Assembly: GCA_025058225.1 (NCBI GenBank)
Contig: JANXEE010000017.1
Span: 2,084 to 66,083 of the forward strand
DNA length: 64,000 nucleotides
Direction: 5' to 3'
From: Candidatus Calditenuaceae archaeon
Lineage (GTDB): Archaea; Thermoproteota; Nitrososphaeria_A; Caldarchaeales; Calditenuaceae
This document shows, piece by piece, positions 46,498 to 56,905 of the stretch. The notes beneath the pieces were generated by a model, which worked only from the letters and a program-made list of their open reading frames with translations, had not been told where the DNA came from and did no database searches. Within the stretch, counting starts at the first letter, position 1. Every line of letters starts with the position of its first letter. The translations under genes were made by a program, and so were the position numbers.

Positions 46498-47841
46498 ATG
46501 AGGGTCGTGGTCATAGGCGGTGGTGCGGCCGGTGCCTCTGCGGCTGCGAGGGCCCGTCGACTCGCACCGGATGCCGAGGTGACGCTGATCGAGGCCTCAG
46601 GCATGATAACGCACGCACCCTGTGGAGTCCCCTATGCCCTGAGCGGACTTGTGCCGTCCTACCGGATGTTGAGGACCTACTCCCCGGAGAAGTTCGCCTC
46701 TGAGAGGGGGATCGGCGTCCTCACGAACTCCGTTGCTCAGGACGTTGACCCGGACGGCCGAACGGTGCTGGTCAGGCGAAATGGTGAAACTGTTCGGATT
46801 AAATGGGACGCGCTGGTACTCGCGACCGGCGCAAGACCTCTGGTACCCAGGATTGAGGGGTTAGAGGACGTGAGGCCCCTGACCTTTAGGCACCCTGAAG
46901 ACGTTCCCGGAGCCACCTCTAGGCTTGAGCGTGTGAAGAGGGTCGCGGTGATAGGCGGAGGCTACATAGGCGTCGAGCTCGCTGAGGCGTTGGTCGACAT
47001 GGGAAAGGAGGTCTCTTTGTTCGAGATGATGGAGAGACTTCTGCCGGGGCCATTTGACCCCGAGATCTCTCGCGTCCTCGAGGAGAGGGTTAGGGGTGCA
47101 GGCGTTAGGGTCCACCTCTCGGAGCCCGTGAGGGCTCTGTCGCGGCGTAGCGAGGGGGTCGTCGTTAACACCGACTCTGGAAGTTACGAGGTTGACGATG
47201 TCGTCATCGGTGTCGGCGTCAGACCCAACGTGGATCTCGCGTTGAAAGCGGGTGTGAAGTTGGGCGCAACGGGCGCCGTCGAGACGGACGACCTCATGTC
47301 TACCAACGTCGATGGAATCTTCGGTGCAGGCGATCTGGTCGAGAAGTATCACCTCGTTCTGAGGAAGAAGGTCTGGATGCCTCTGGCCCCTGCCGCGAAC
47401 AAAGAGGGTCAGGTGGCTGGAGCCAACGCGGTATCTAGGGGCTCCCTGCGGATGAGGGGGATAGTTGGGACTGCCGTCACGAGGTTCAAGGACCTCTACC
47501 TCGCGAGGACAGGGCTCGGGCAGGAGGAGGCTTCCAAGAACGGGTTCGACGTCGAGTCAACGACGATCGTCGCCAAGACCAAGGCAGGCTACTTCCCCGG
47601 AGGCGTTGAGGTGACCGTTAAGATGATCGCCGAGCGCGGTTCGGGGAGGGTGCTGGGTCTCCAGGCCGCGGGGAGGGACCCGGTGGTCGCGGCCTACGCG
47701 GACATCGCAGCCGTCGCCATCGAGAGGCGCATGAGCACGGAGGACGTCTTCTTCTCGGACATCGGCTACATGCCGGCGACAGCTCCGGTGTGGCACCCGC
47801 TGATAGTGGCCGCGAGGACCCTGTCGAAGGGCCGATTCTGA
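46498..47841 (+). CDS. CoA-disulfide reductase / NADH oxidase family flavoprotein
   Basis: IGGGAAG, HAPCGVPY redox Cys, LATGA, GGGYIG and GAGD motifs. Confidence 0.9.
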   Translation: MRVVVIGGGAAGASAAARARRLAPDAEVTLIEASGMITHAPCGVPYALSGLVPSYRMLRTYSPEKFASERGIGVLTNSVAQDVDPDGRTVLVRRNGETVRIKWDALVLATGARPLVPRIEGLEDVRPLTFRHPEDVPGATSRLERVKRVAVIGGGYIGVELAEALVDMGKEVSLFEMMERLLPGPFDPEISRVLEERVRGAGVRVHLSEPVRALSRRSEGVVVNTDSGSYEVDDVVIGVGVRPNVDLALKAGVKLGATGAVETDDLMSTNVDGIFGAGDLVEKYHLVLRKKVWMPLAPAANKEGQVAGANAVSRGSLRMRGIVGTAVTRFKDLYLARTGLGQEEASKNGFDVESTTIVAKTKAGYFPGGVEVTVKMIAERGSGRVLGLQAAGRDPVVAAYADIAAVAIERRMSTEDVFFSDIGYMPATAPVWHPLIVAARTLSKGRF

Positions 47842-47854
47842 GACGATGGAACGC

Positions 47855-48721
47855 TCATGACCAACTGACCAGGAACGCACCCAGGGTGACCGTCAGAGCT
47901 CCTGCAACAGTCCTCGAGTCGATGCGTTCAAGCGCCCTGGCGAAGCTCACCGTAATTAGCAGCGTGAAGAGCGGGAACGTCTGGGAGAGCGGGACAGCGA
48001 TGCTCACAGGTGTCAGGTAAAGGGCCCCCCAGAAGGAGAGGCTGGCGGTGCCATTGGCGGCGCTTCCGATCAGCGCGTACCTATTCCTCAGTGCCCTTGA
48101 CACACCACCCGTAAAGAGTGTCAGGGGAAGCACCAAAAGCAGCGACGTGGAGGTGCTGAGGAGATACGTCAGGAACGGCGAGCCTATCTCAACGTTCGCT
48201 ACCCTCGCGAAGGTCGCACCTACGGCAAAGACCAGCGCTGCTCCGACCGACGCTGTCACTCCCCTAGTCCAGTCGCGGTGAGAGTCGTTCTCCCTCTGCC
48301 AGGAGACGAAAGCAACACCGAGCGCTATCATTACGCACCCCAAGAGAACGATCAGGTGCGGCGACTCGCCCGCGATTACCACCGCTGTCAGGGGGGCGAC
48401 TACGGACTCTGATGCGGCGATGGCGTTGGACCTAGAGGCTCCTATTTTGCTGATCCCGTAGTACCAGAACAACCTTCCAAGCCCGAAGACCAGTATCCCC
48501 GCTATCACCGCCTCAGCTGCACCACCGCCTATCGCAGGGACTCTACGCTCTGCTGAGAACTCAATCAGTGTTCCCGCGAGAGCCATCAGGAGCCCCATCA
48601 TGGAGGCCGTAGCGGAGGCCGCCAACGGCGACAGGTCCATTGTGGCCCTCCTCATGGCGACCGACGTCAGGGCCCAGAGAAAGGCCGTGATCAGGGCCAG
48701 CGTGATACCCAAGGGCTCCAT
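47855..48721 (-). CDS. DMT/EamA family transporter
   Basis: About 10 TM segments in two EamA repeats; start MEPLGITLA. Confidence 0.87.
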   Translation of the reverse strand: MEPLGITLALITAFLWALTSVAMRRATMDLSPLAASATASMMGLLMALAGTLIEFSAERRVPAIGGGAAEAVIAGILVFGLGRLFWYYGISKIGASRSNAIAASESVVAPLTAVVIAGESPHLIVLLGCVMIALGVAFVSWQRENDSHRDWTRGVTASVGAALVFAVGATFARVANVEIGSPFLTYLLSTSTSLLLVLPLTLFTGGVSRALRNRYALIGSAANGTASLSFWGALYLTPVSIAVPLSQTFPLFTLLITVSFARALERIDSRTVAGALTVTLGAFLVSWS

Positions 48722-48804
48722 CGTTTTCCGGATCGGTAGGGAATTCGATAATATACGGATATCCGCTGTTCCAAGAGTAGAAGTGTGGGTTCGAACGGTT
48801 CGGA

Positions 48805-49881
48805 ATGATAGGGGTTTTGAGTGGGCGCAGCGTTTCACCTGATGATTTGAGGGCGGTGGTTCTCGCAGCAGGAATGGGGTCGAGGATGAACCCGCTGACC
48901 TCGGAAAGGCCTAAACACCTCCTTCCAGTCGCAGGCGAACCGGTCCTGAAGAGGACGGTGAGAACTCTATTCGGTGTCGGCGTGGAGGAGGTCGTCATGG
49001 TCGTGGGTTATCTCGCGGAGAAGGTCGTCGCGGCCCTCTCGGAGTTCGGGAGCGACAGGATTAAGTTCGTGAGGCAGGAGGCTCCGCTCGGAACCGCGCA
49101 CGCGCTGCTCTCGGCGGGCGAATTCGTCTCCTCCGAGAGACAGTTCCTGCTTGTCTACGGAGACGTCACCCTGAAGCCGGAGCCCGTCGAGCGGCTCATC
49201 GAGACGGTCCGGTTGAAGTCCTTCGACGGTGGCGTCTTGGGTGTGCTCCGGCCCGATCCGTGGAAGTTCGGGACGCTCTTGGTTAAGGACGGTCTGCTTC
49301 AGGGCATTCTAGAGAAGTCGAGGGAGGTCAGGCCGCCGGCGATCGTCAACGCAGGCATCTACGTCCTTCCACGTGAGGTGGTGGATGTCTCGCGGAAGAT
49401 CGGCCTCTCTCCCCGAGGCGAATACGAGTTGACCGACGCCTTGGTCGACTTGGTCAGAACCGGGAAGAGGATAGCTGTACTCGAGGACCCCGGCGATTGG
49501 TGGTTCGATCTCGGAGGGCCATCGGAGCTGCTCAGAGCGAACGTTGAGACCCTCGCAAGGGAGCTCGGCAGCAACAGCTCCATACGCAGCGGTGCGATCA
49601 TCAACAGAGGCGTCTCCGTCCTCTCGTCGTTCGTCGGGGAGGGTGCGTTCGTCGGCGAGGGCTCCTTCATCGAGCTCTCGGTCCTCATGGGCTCAACCAG
49701 CGTGGGCAGGGGCTCGAAGTTGCAGAAGACACTGGTGTTGGAGGGCGCGAAGGTAGGTCGGGGTGCGAGGCTGGTCAACTGCATCTTGGGGCCCGAATCC
49801 TCAGTCCCCAGTGGGGTTGAGCTGACTGGTGATCCCGGAGAACCAGTTGTAATTCCGCCGCACTCGACTTACAGGCCCTGA
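48805..49881 (+). CDS. Sugar-1-phosphate nucleotidyltransferase with left-handed beta-helix
   Basis: LAAGMGSRM.PLT..RPKHLLPV, LGTAHA, NAGIY and SPRGEYELTD motifs; hexapeptide repeats. Confidence 0.9.
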   Translation: MIGVLSGRSVSPDDLRAVVLAAGMGSRMNPLTSERPKHLLPVAGEPVLKRTVRTLFGVGVEEVVMVVGYLAEKVVAALSEFGSDRIKFVRQEAPLGTAHALLSAGEFVSSERQFLLVYGDVTLKPEPVERLIETVRLKSFDGGVLGVLRPDPWKFGTLLVKDGLLQGILEKSREVRPPAIVNAGIYVLPREVVDVSRKIGLSPRGEYELTDALVDLVRTGKRIAVLEDPGDWWFDLGGPSELLRANVETLARELGSNSSIRSGAIINRGVSVLSSFVGEGAFVGEGSFIELSVLMGSTSVGRGSKLQKTLVLEGAKVGRGARLVNCILGPESSVPSGVELTGDPGEPVVIPPHSTYRP

Positions 49882-50495
49882 GACCGACCCGCGGCTGCCC
49901 CGAACTCCCGCGCGGCCCTCGCCAACAGCCTCGCGACCCTCACCGGTTCAGGCACCTTGCCGCTGAGCGTGAGTGAGTTCAGCACGACCTCCGTCGCCCT
50001 CCTGGAGACCCCCTCCCTCCTGACGTAGACGACCTGTCCGGTCTTGAGCCTAACCTCCTCCCTCTCCCCCAGGGATCGGTAAACCTCGAGCCTCGCTTCT
50101 GCGTCGTCGGAGAACCTCGATGCTATCAGGTCCTCAAGGCCCCTTGATGGCCTGAAGGTCACACAGAGGATCGGTAGCGACAGTGACTCCGATAGCTCCT
50201 TGACGTCTACGAGGTTGAAATAGCTGATTATGCAGCCGCCCAGCATCAGAAGGTTGATGTCGTCCCTGTCGAGGGCCTCGTACATCCTCTTTATGGACTC
50301 CGTCGAGTCCATGCCGCCAACCTCGCACGACCCGATGACCATGCCGTCAACCTGTAGGTCAGCCCTCATCACTACGCCTCCCAACACGGCCCGTGAATCG
50401 GTAGGTCTGAAGCTCTCGGCCACCCCGAACACCCTGTAGGCACGCTTGAACGGGTTGAACGATCTGAGCTTAACCGTCTCATCCCGGGACGTCAT
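49869..50495 (-). CDS. DUF99 family protein (endonuclease V-like)
   Basis: GVAESF, GGVVMRAD, GMDST, FNLVD and VPEPVRVARL motifs. Confidence 0.87.
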   Translation of the reverse strand: MTSRDETVKLRSFNPFKRAYRVFGVAESFRPTDSRAVLGGVVMRADLQVDGMVIGSCEVGGMDSTESIKRMYEALDRDDINLLMLGGCIISYFNLVDVKELSESLSLPILCVTFRPSRGLEDLIASRFSDDAEARLEVYRSLGEREEVRLKTGQVVYVRREGVSRRATEVVLNSLTLSGKVPEPVRVARLLARAAREFGAAAGRSQGL

Positions 50496-50602
50496 TCCAC
50501 GACTTAGCCCCCACAGCCCCCGCTATACGCCTTCTCAGCCGGTCGGGGCATCACTCGCTCCACGGGAAAGGTCAAAATTTCGATGCGGAGCTGGGTATAG
50601 GG

Positions 50603-52030
50603 ATGAAGGCGAAGAAGTCGGAAGATTTCTCCGAGTGGTACAGCGAGGTCGTCCAGGAGGCTGGCTTGGCAGGTTACGCGCCGATCAAGGGGTTCGTTTA
50701 CTTGCCGCCCTATGGATACGAGCTATGGGAGCTCATAAGATCCCACTTCGACGAGAGGTTCAGGAAGTCCAATCACAGGAACGCCTTCCTACCGATCCTG
50801 ATACCTGAGTCGCTCCTGAGGAAGGAGGCCGAGCACTTCAAGGGGTTCACACCCGAAGTCTTCTGGGTCACTACGTCTGGTGACGATCAGTTATCGGAAA
50901 GGCTAGCGGTGAGGCCGACGTCCGAGACGCTGTTTTACGCTACCTTCGGGAAGTCGATCAAGAGCTGGAGGGAGCTGCCAGTTTTGGTCAACTTCTGGAA
51001 CTCGGCCCTCCGGGCAGAGATCAAGTCCACCAAGCCATTCGTGAGGACCTCGGAGTTCCTGTGGCAGGAGGGGCACACGCTCCACGCGACGAAGGAGGAG
51101 GCCGATGAGGAGGTGATGAGGATGCTGAACATCTACAAGGCGGTGATCGAGGAGAAGCTCGCTATACCGGTCATCGCCGGCTACAAGTCGGAGCTCGAGA
51201 AGTTCGTCGGGGCCCTCTACACCACCACGTTGGAGGCCGTCATGCCTGACGGCAAGATCCTCCAGATGGCTACCTCCCACAACCTCGGTCAGAACTTCAC
51301 GATCCCGTTCGACGTGAGATACCTCGGTCCCGACGGTCAGATGCACTACGCATGGAGCACGTCGTGGGGGGTATCGTGGAGACTGATAGGCGCTGTGATA
51401 ATGGTCCACGGCGACGACCGAGGGCTTGTACTTCCTCCGGAGGTGGCACCGATACAGGTTGTCGTCATACCCATCTTCTACTCCGACGCTGAGAAGGAAT
51501 CTGTCATCGAGAAGTGCAGAGAGATCGTACTGAGGCTTCAGAACGCCGGCATCAGGACGCATCTCGACGACAGGACCGATTACACTCCGGGATGGAAGTT
51601 CAACGAGTGGGAGCTGAAGGGTGTGCCTGTGAGGGTGGAGATCGGGCCGAGGGACCTCTCGGAGGGGAAGGTCACGCTGTTCAGGAGGGACGAGCTGAAG
51701 AGAGCGCGCGTCGACGATCGCGTACTGGTGGACGCTGTCAGGGAGCTCCTGTCGGAGGTCCAGAAGAACCTTTTCAGACGGGCCCGTGAGACCCTCAACT
51801 CTATGGTCAGTGAGGCCAAGTCCATGGAAGAGTTCACGAGGATCCTCGAGATAAGGGGGGGCTTCGTGAAGTCGACCTACTGTGGTTCAAACGATTGCGA
51901 GTTGCGGATCAAGGACCTCACCGGCGCGACTGTCAGAGCGATCCCCTTTGAACGCGAACCCCTCCTCTCTAACTGCATCGCATGTGGAAAAGAAGGGAAG
52001 GTCACCGCGTATTTCGGCAGGGCTTATTGA
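50603..52030 (+). CDS. proS: Proline-tRNA ligase (archaeal/eukaryotic type)
   Basis: FSEWY, RPTSET, EFLWQEGHT, HGDDRGLVLPP motifs; C-terminal FGRAY. Confidence 0.97.
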   Translation: MKAKKSEDFSEWYSEVVQEAGLAGYAPIKGFVYLPPYGYELWELIRSHFDERFRKSNHRNAFLPILIPESLLRKEAEHFKGFTPEVFWVTTSGDDQLSERLAVRPTSETLFYATFGKSIKSWRELPVLVNFWNSALRAEIKSTKPFVRTSEFLWQEGHTLHATKEEADEEVMRMLNIYKAVIEEKLAIPVIAGYKSELEKFVGALYTTTLEAVMPDGKILQMATSHNLGQNFTIPFDVRYLGPDGQMHYAWSTSWGVSWRLIGAVIMVHGDDRGLVLPPEVAPIQVVVIPIFYSDAEKESVIEKCREIVLRLQNAGIRTHLDDRTDYTPGWKFNEWELKGVPVRVEIGPRDLSEGKVTLFRRDELKRARVDDRVLVDAVRELLSEVQKNLFRRARETLNSMVSEAKSMEEFTRILEIRGGFVKSTYCGSNDCELRIKDLTGATVRAIPFEREPLLSNCIACGKEGKVTAYFGRAY

Positions 52031-52070
52031 GTGGGCCATTTCATCCAAGGTGTTCAGTCGGTGAAGGTCT

Positions 52071-52841
52071 TTGGTTGAGAGGCCCGGCCTGCTGGAGGGC
52101 AAGTCGTGCGCGATCCTCGGTGCGACGAGCGAGGTTGGTAGGGAGACGGCGCTGCTGTTCGCCAGAGAGGGCGCCAATCTACTCCTCTCGGGGAGAAAGG
52201 AGTCAGTCCTTCACGAGTTGGCCAGGGAGTGCAGAGGAACGGTGTCAAGGGTTGAGGTCCTACCGCTGGACCTGAGCCGTCATGACGCACAGGACCAACT
52301 GATCCGTTCGGTCTCGGAGACCTTCGGACGGCTCGACGCGCTCGTGAGCTACGTTGGATACCCCTTGGAACAGGAACTCTGGTACAAAGGGATAGGTGAG
52401 CTCGGTGAGGAGGTACTGGAGAGGGTCCTCAGCGTCGACCTTCTTGCCAACTTCAGGGCCGTCTCGAGTTTGCTCCCCTTTCTGGAGGGTGGGGCCCTCA
52501 TCCTCACCTCCTCCACTCCAGCCCTCAGCTGGTACAGGTACGGATCGGTCTATTCGATCGCCAAGCTCGCGGTCATCGGGCTGGTCAGAGCCGTTGCCGC
52601 AGAGTACAGGCGCTACAAAGTCAGAGCCTATGGTCTGGCGTTAGGGAACATCAAGACATCAGCAACCTACGACGTCTTGAAGGAAGAGGATAGAGTTGCT
52701 TTAGCAGAGGAGTCGCCCATGGGGAGGTGGGGGGAGCCCTCCGAAGTCGCGAAGGTCGCCTTGGCGTTAGCCTCCGACCTCTTCAGCTTCGTCAACGGCC
52801 AAGTGATCGTCATCGACGGTGGTACCTTAATGCTTGGGTAA
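52071..52841 (+). CDS. SDR family oxidoreductase
   Basis: GATSEVG, YSIAK catalytic YxxxK, PMGRWG and GQVIVIDGG motifs. Confidence 0.9.
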   Translation: MVERPGLLEGKSCAILGATSEVGRETALLFAREGANLLLSGRKESVLHELARECRGTVSRVEVLPLDLSRHDAQDQLIRSVSETFGRLDALVSYVGYPLEQELWYKGIGELGEEVLERVLSVDLLANFRAVSSLLPFLEGGALILTSSTPALSWYRYGSVYSIAKLAVIGLVRAVAAEYRRYKVRAYGLALGNIKTSATYDVLKEEDRVALAEESPMGRWGEPSEVAKVALALASDLFSFVNGQVIVIDGGTLMLG

Positions 52842-52950
52842 GAAGTTAGTATTTCATAAGGCTCCGAAATGTAAGACATGCTTCGTGGCTTGTTTTCAAA
52901 TATAATTTCTAGGGATAATCAATTATCATAACGTAACTACATCGAAGTAG

Positions 52951-53727
52951 TCACACGATGATGTTCTCCTGTCCCTGTTCCTTAAGCATTTTCCACAACT
53001 CCGACCTCACCTTCTGTATTTCAGGGGACTCGGGGTCACGAGGGCGCTCGGCGTTTACCTCGATGATTCCTATAATTGAACCGGGTCTTTTCCTCATCAC
53101 GGCGATCCTGTCGGAGAGGAATGCGGCCTCCGACAGACTGTGTGTGACGAAGACTATCGTTTTCTTCGTTACCATCCAGAGCTTCGTGAGCTCTATACCA
53201 AGCTGCAACCTCGTCTGCTCGTCGAGGGCCCCGAAAGGTTCGTCCATTAAGAGCACATCAGGGTTCACGGCAAGGGCGCGCGCGATAGCCACCCTTTGCT
53301 GCATTCCACCGGAGAGCTCGCCGGGATACATGTACTCGAAACCCCTCAGTCCGACCAACTCGACCAATTGCTTCCCGACGCTGACACGTTTCTTCTTCGG
53401 TAGCCCCTGCATCTCCAGCCCGAAGGCAACGTTGTCGAGCACCGTTCTCCAAGGAAGAAGCAAGGGTTGCTGGAAGACGTAGGCTAATTTCCCGGGCATC
53501 GGCCCTTTTAGCTCGGTGCCGTCGACGAAGACCTTGCCGGAGGTCGGTCTAATGAGCCCAGCTATTATGTTAAGGAGCGTCGACTTTCCGCAGCCGGACG
53601 GTCCGATAATTGTGAAGAACTCGCCCTGTCGCACATTAAGGCTTACGTCCTTAAGCGCTTCTATTGTGCTGTTGCCTATAGAATATCCGTGCGTTATAGA
53701 CTCCACCCTTATCTTCGTGTCACTCAT
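52951..53727 (-). CDS. ABC transporter ATP-binding protein, NitT/TauT (SsuB/TauB-like)
   Basis: GPSGCGKST, LLPWRTV, LSGGMQQR, LMDEPFGALD and FVTH motifs. Confidence 0.95.
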   Translation of the reverse strand: MSDTKIRVESITHGYSIGNSTIEALKDVSLNVRQGEFFTIIGPSGCGKSTLLNIIAGLIRPTSGKVFVDGTELKGPMPGKLAYVFQQPLLLPWRTVLDNVAFGLEMQGLPKKKRVSVGKQLVELVGLRGFEYMYPGELSGGMQQRVAIARALAVNPDVLLMDEPFGALDEQTRLQLGIELTKLWMVTKKTIVFVTHSLSEAAFLSDRIAVMRKRPGSIIGIIEVNAERPRDPESPEIQKVRSELWKMLKEQGQENIIV

Positions 53728-53970
53728 TGTCAGGAACCTCAAGCTAATTTCTTAGATATATTATTTGCGTTACCGTGGGGGGCGATGTAGGTAGGTTGAG
53801 GCTGTGGTACGGCACCTCGCGTCGTGCTGGGGAATGGTCTCACGATCTTCGCACCGCGCATCGCGTGGTCGCTCATTATGGGTGATCTCGGGTTTGATTG
53901 AGTTCCTAGATTCCGTTCAAGACCGTCAATGAATATTTATTAAGTTCGCGCCAAGGGAGGGGCGAAAAGT

Positions 53971-55956
53971 ATGACCAAGGGAGATATAAGATCTGCTCGC
54001 GTCATCTTCGATCCGTATCCCATAAACAACGGAATCGCGGTTGACCCCGACAATGACTTGGTCGTGGTCTCGGATGTGAACAAGAAAGGGCTGCTGATGT
54101 TCGACAGGACTGCAGGGTCGGTTTCTGACGACGCGGTCATAAAGCCCAAGCGCTACATCATCGGCGGACTTGAAAACTACCTAGGGTTCGTGGCGGGCGT
54201 CTCAGTCGACCCGAAAAGGGGGGAGATCTACGTGGTCAACAACGACATAGAGGACTGCATGAGCGTCTTCGACTACGAGGACGACGGCGCTGTCCTTCCG
54301 AAAAGGGTCATGATGGTCCCTCATAGAGCCTGGGGCGTTTCCGTAGGGGAGAACGAGGTCGCGATCTCGGTTCAAACTTTCGGTGTCGTGGTCTTTCCGA
54401 AGGAGGGTCAGGGATGTCCGGCGCCCACGAGAAGCATACTGGGGATAAACTCCGGGATGGCAGATCCACACGGAATCTTCATGGACGAGGTTCACGGCGA
54501 GATCATAGTCGCCAATCACGGAAACTGGAATCAGGAGGGTGCAAGGTACGGTATGGAGTCCTCAACCGAGATAGGGTGGGAGGTGAGAATGGAGTACGGT
54601 GGCAGATATCTCATGCCATCGATCACCGTGCATCCGGTAAGCGCAAACGGCGATGTTCCACCCACCAGGACGATTAGTGGCCGGTCAACAGGCCTCAACT
54701 GGCCCATGGGGCTGCACCTAGACAGGGGATCAGACGAAATAGTGGTTGCTAACAACGGAGACGACTCGGTCGTCTTCTTCAAGAGGAATGACAACGGCGA
54801 CGTCGCACCGCACAGGGTCATCCGTGGAGAAAAGACGGGGCTCAGGAGGCCTGTGAGCGTCTTCGTGGACGAGCAGAACGACGAGCTTTGGGTCGCCAAT
54901 TTCGGCGACTACAGCGTCCTAGTCTTCGAGAGGGATGTCGAAGGCAACGTGCAGCCGAAGCGTGTCATCAGGACCGCACCCAAGGGAACACCGATGATAG
55001 GGTTCACCAATCCGATGGCTGCCACCTATGACAGCAAGAGGAAGGAGTGGGTCATAGCGAACTGCGTCACGCAACCGAGGCTCTACACTTTGGATGTTAG
55101 CTTCAGCGGGAACGGCACGCCAAAAAGGATGGTTGATGGTCAGAGGACCAGACTGACCAGGACCATGCACGGCATAGCTTACAACCCTGCGAAGGACGAG
55201 CTCGTGATTCCTGCGCCTCTCGCTGCGGCCGTCCTCTGCTTCAAAGCGAACTCTGACGGTGAAGAACCCCCCATCAGGACCATTCAGGGACCCCGAACGA
55301 CGCTGATCTTCCCGCACGTTGTCAACTTGGACTTCACCAGACAAGAGATCCTCGTGGGTGATCCGGGCAGGGGAGCGGTGACGGTGTTCGACGTCAACGC
55401 CAACGGCGACACCACACCTCTGCGCTCGATATCTGGTCCCAACACGGGTTTAGATTACGTGGTCGGTGTAGGCGTTGATCCTGAGAACAGGGTAATGGCG
55501 GTCGCCAGCTGTGCTGTGGGAAGAGTGCCGAACGCAAGAACAGGGATCTTCTTATTCGATTGGAACGCGAACGGTAACGTGAAACCCCTGAGGGTGATAT
55601 CAGGTCCGAAGACCGGGATCCAGACGTATCCCTGGGGTCTCCAGGTATACAGAGGACACGTCTTCGTGGCCATCGGGAACTTCACCTATCTGCCTTGCTT
55701 CAGGCTGGACAAATGTATCCCCGGCAGGTCATACCTTCAGCCGACACCGTGGAACACTGATGGCTTCATAGGGGTCTGGAGCGTGCTGGACGACGGTGAC
55801 GTTCCGCCTAAGGCGACTATAAGGGGTCCCCTGAGCGAAATATGCACGCCTGCCGCATTGGTCATCAATCACGAGTCAAAAGAGCTCTTGGTGACCGACA
55901 GCGTTAGGAACGCGGCGTTCGTCTACAGAATAGCCGACGTTCTGGAGAACCTCTGA
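53971..55956 (+). CDS. Beta-propeller repeat protein (NHL-like, about 12 repeats)
   Basis: Twelve variants of G-[DN]-V-x-P-x-R-x-I-x-G-x-x-T-G-L-x-x-P-x-G. Confidence 0.85.
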   Translation: MTKGDIRSARVIFDPYPINNGIAVDPDNDLVVVSDVNKKGLLMFDRTAGSVSDDAVIKPKRYIIGGLENYLGFVAGVSVDPKRGEIYVVNNDIEDCMSVFDYEDDGAVLPKRVMMVPHRAWGVSVGENEVAISVQTFGVVVFPKEGQGCPAPTRSILGINSGMADPHGIFMDEVHGEIIVANHGNWNQEGARYGMESSTEIGWEVRMEYGGRYLMPSITVHPVSANGDVPPTRTISGRSTGLNWPMGLHLDRGSDEIVVANNGDDSVVFFKRNDNGDVAPHRVIRGEKTGLRRPVSVFVDEQNDELWVANFGDYSVLVFERDVEGNVQPKRVIRTAPKGTPMIGFTNPMAATYDSKRKEWVIANCVTQPRLYTLDVSFSGNGTPKRMVDGQRTRLTRTMHGIAYNPAKDELVIPAPLAAAVLCFKANSDGEEPPIRTIQGPRTTLIFPHVVNLDFTRQEILVGDPGRGAVTVFDVNANGDTTPLRSISGPNTGLDYVVGVGVDPENRVMAVASCAVGRVPNARTGIFLFDWNANGNVKPLRVISGPKTGIQTYPWGLQVYRGHVFVAIGNFTYLPCFRLDKCIPGRSYLQPTPWNTDGFIGVWSVLDDGDVPPKATIRGPLSEICTPAALVINHESKELLVTDSVRNAAFVYRIADVLENL

Positions 55957-56083
55957 GCTCCTGACGCATGGTTTCGCGTCTCCACGTGTGTGATGGTAAA
56001 GGGTTGTGCCCCGGGTCAATATCCCGAGTCCTCTTAACGAAGTTACTGCAGGGACAGGTTTAAATCCCTAGCCATGAACTGAG

Positions 56084-56296
56084 GTGTCTGGAATGCGTAC
56101 TTGCCCCGAGTGCGGAGGGGTCATGGTCTACGAGCGATCGTCTAAGCTGTATTCGTGCACGTCGTGTGGGACCGCGATGAACTCCCAAGAACTGCTGGAG
56201 GCGAGCGAGCGCGCAAGGTCTGAGCGCGACAAGGTCGAGAGGGCCAAGCGGTGGAAAGACGATTACCTTGCGTGGTGGCTCTCGAGTAAAGAGTGA
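56084..56296 (+). CDS. Small zinc-ribbon protein
   Basis: CPECGG...YSCTSCG and C-terminal YLAWWLS; TTTAAA about 25 nt upstream. Confidence 0.78.
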   Translation: MSGMRTCPECGGVMVYERSSKLYSCTSCGTAMNSQELLEASERARSERDKVERAKRWKDDYLAWWLSSKE

Positions 56297-56468
56297 TCAC
56301 CTGAGGGCACGGCCACGCAACGGATCTCTTCTCGCGTTGCTCTTCTCATGGGACGTCTCGACGTCCTCAGGGGTTCAGAGAACGTTGCGCAGATCGCTTA
56401 TCACCATTTAACGGTTATTCAAAAATCGCCGGTCCACCTTAAATTGACCCTGATAGGCATCGACACGG

Positions 56469-56897
56469 TTGAGCGCTTTGAAGGCCGAGCTTAAGCTCAT
56501 GAGGATCGAGGAACTGAAGGAGCACGAGCAGTATGACCCGGTGCACCTAGAGGAGCTCTTCGCGGAGATCGTCAGGGACGGGGTTCTGAAGAGGCCTATA
56601 CTCGTCGACGAGCGGACGAAGACCATCATCGACGGCCACCACCGATATAACTGCATGAAACGATTGGGGAAGCGGTATATCCCTGCTTACCTGATCGACT
56701 ACAGGAGCGAGGATCTCGTCGTTGAACCTTGGGACAACCGCCCGCCGGTGACGAAGGAGGACGTGCTCAGGGCCGCACTCACAGGGCAGAAGCTCCCGCC
56801 GAAGTCATCCAAGCACATGGTCAAAATTGGTGGGGTACTGCAACACGTGACGTACATCGAGTACGAAAGGCCCACTCCGCTAAACGAGATACCCTGA
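56469..56897 (+). CDS. Stand-alone ParB/sulfiredoxin-like domain protein
   Basis: LKEHE, RPILVD, IIDGHHRY and PPKSSKH motifs. Confidence 0.85.
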   Translation: MSALKAELKLMRIEELKEHEQYDPVHLEELFAEIVRDGVLKRPILVDERTKTIIDGHHRYNCMKRLGKRYIPAYLIDYRSEDLVVEPWDNRPPVTKEDVLRAALTGQKLPPKSSKHMVKIGGVLQHVTYIEYERPTPLNEIP

Positions 56898-56905
56898 CGA
56901 CGTCC

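Noticed and set aside
53971..55956. CRISPR-like or DNA tandem repeat array
   Set aside because: The periodicity is at protein level inside an open frame, with degenerate DNA copies
56469..56897. Plasmid or chromosome partition system
   Set aside because: Only the ParB/Srx catalytic domain is present, with no HTH and no ParA neighbour
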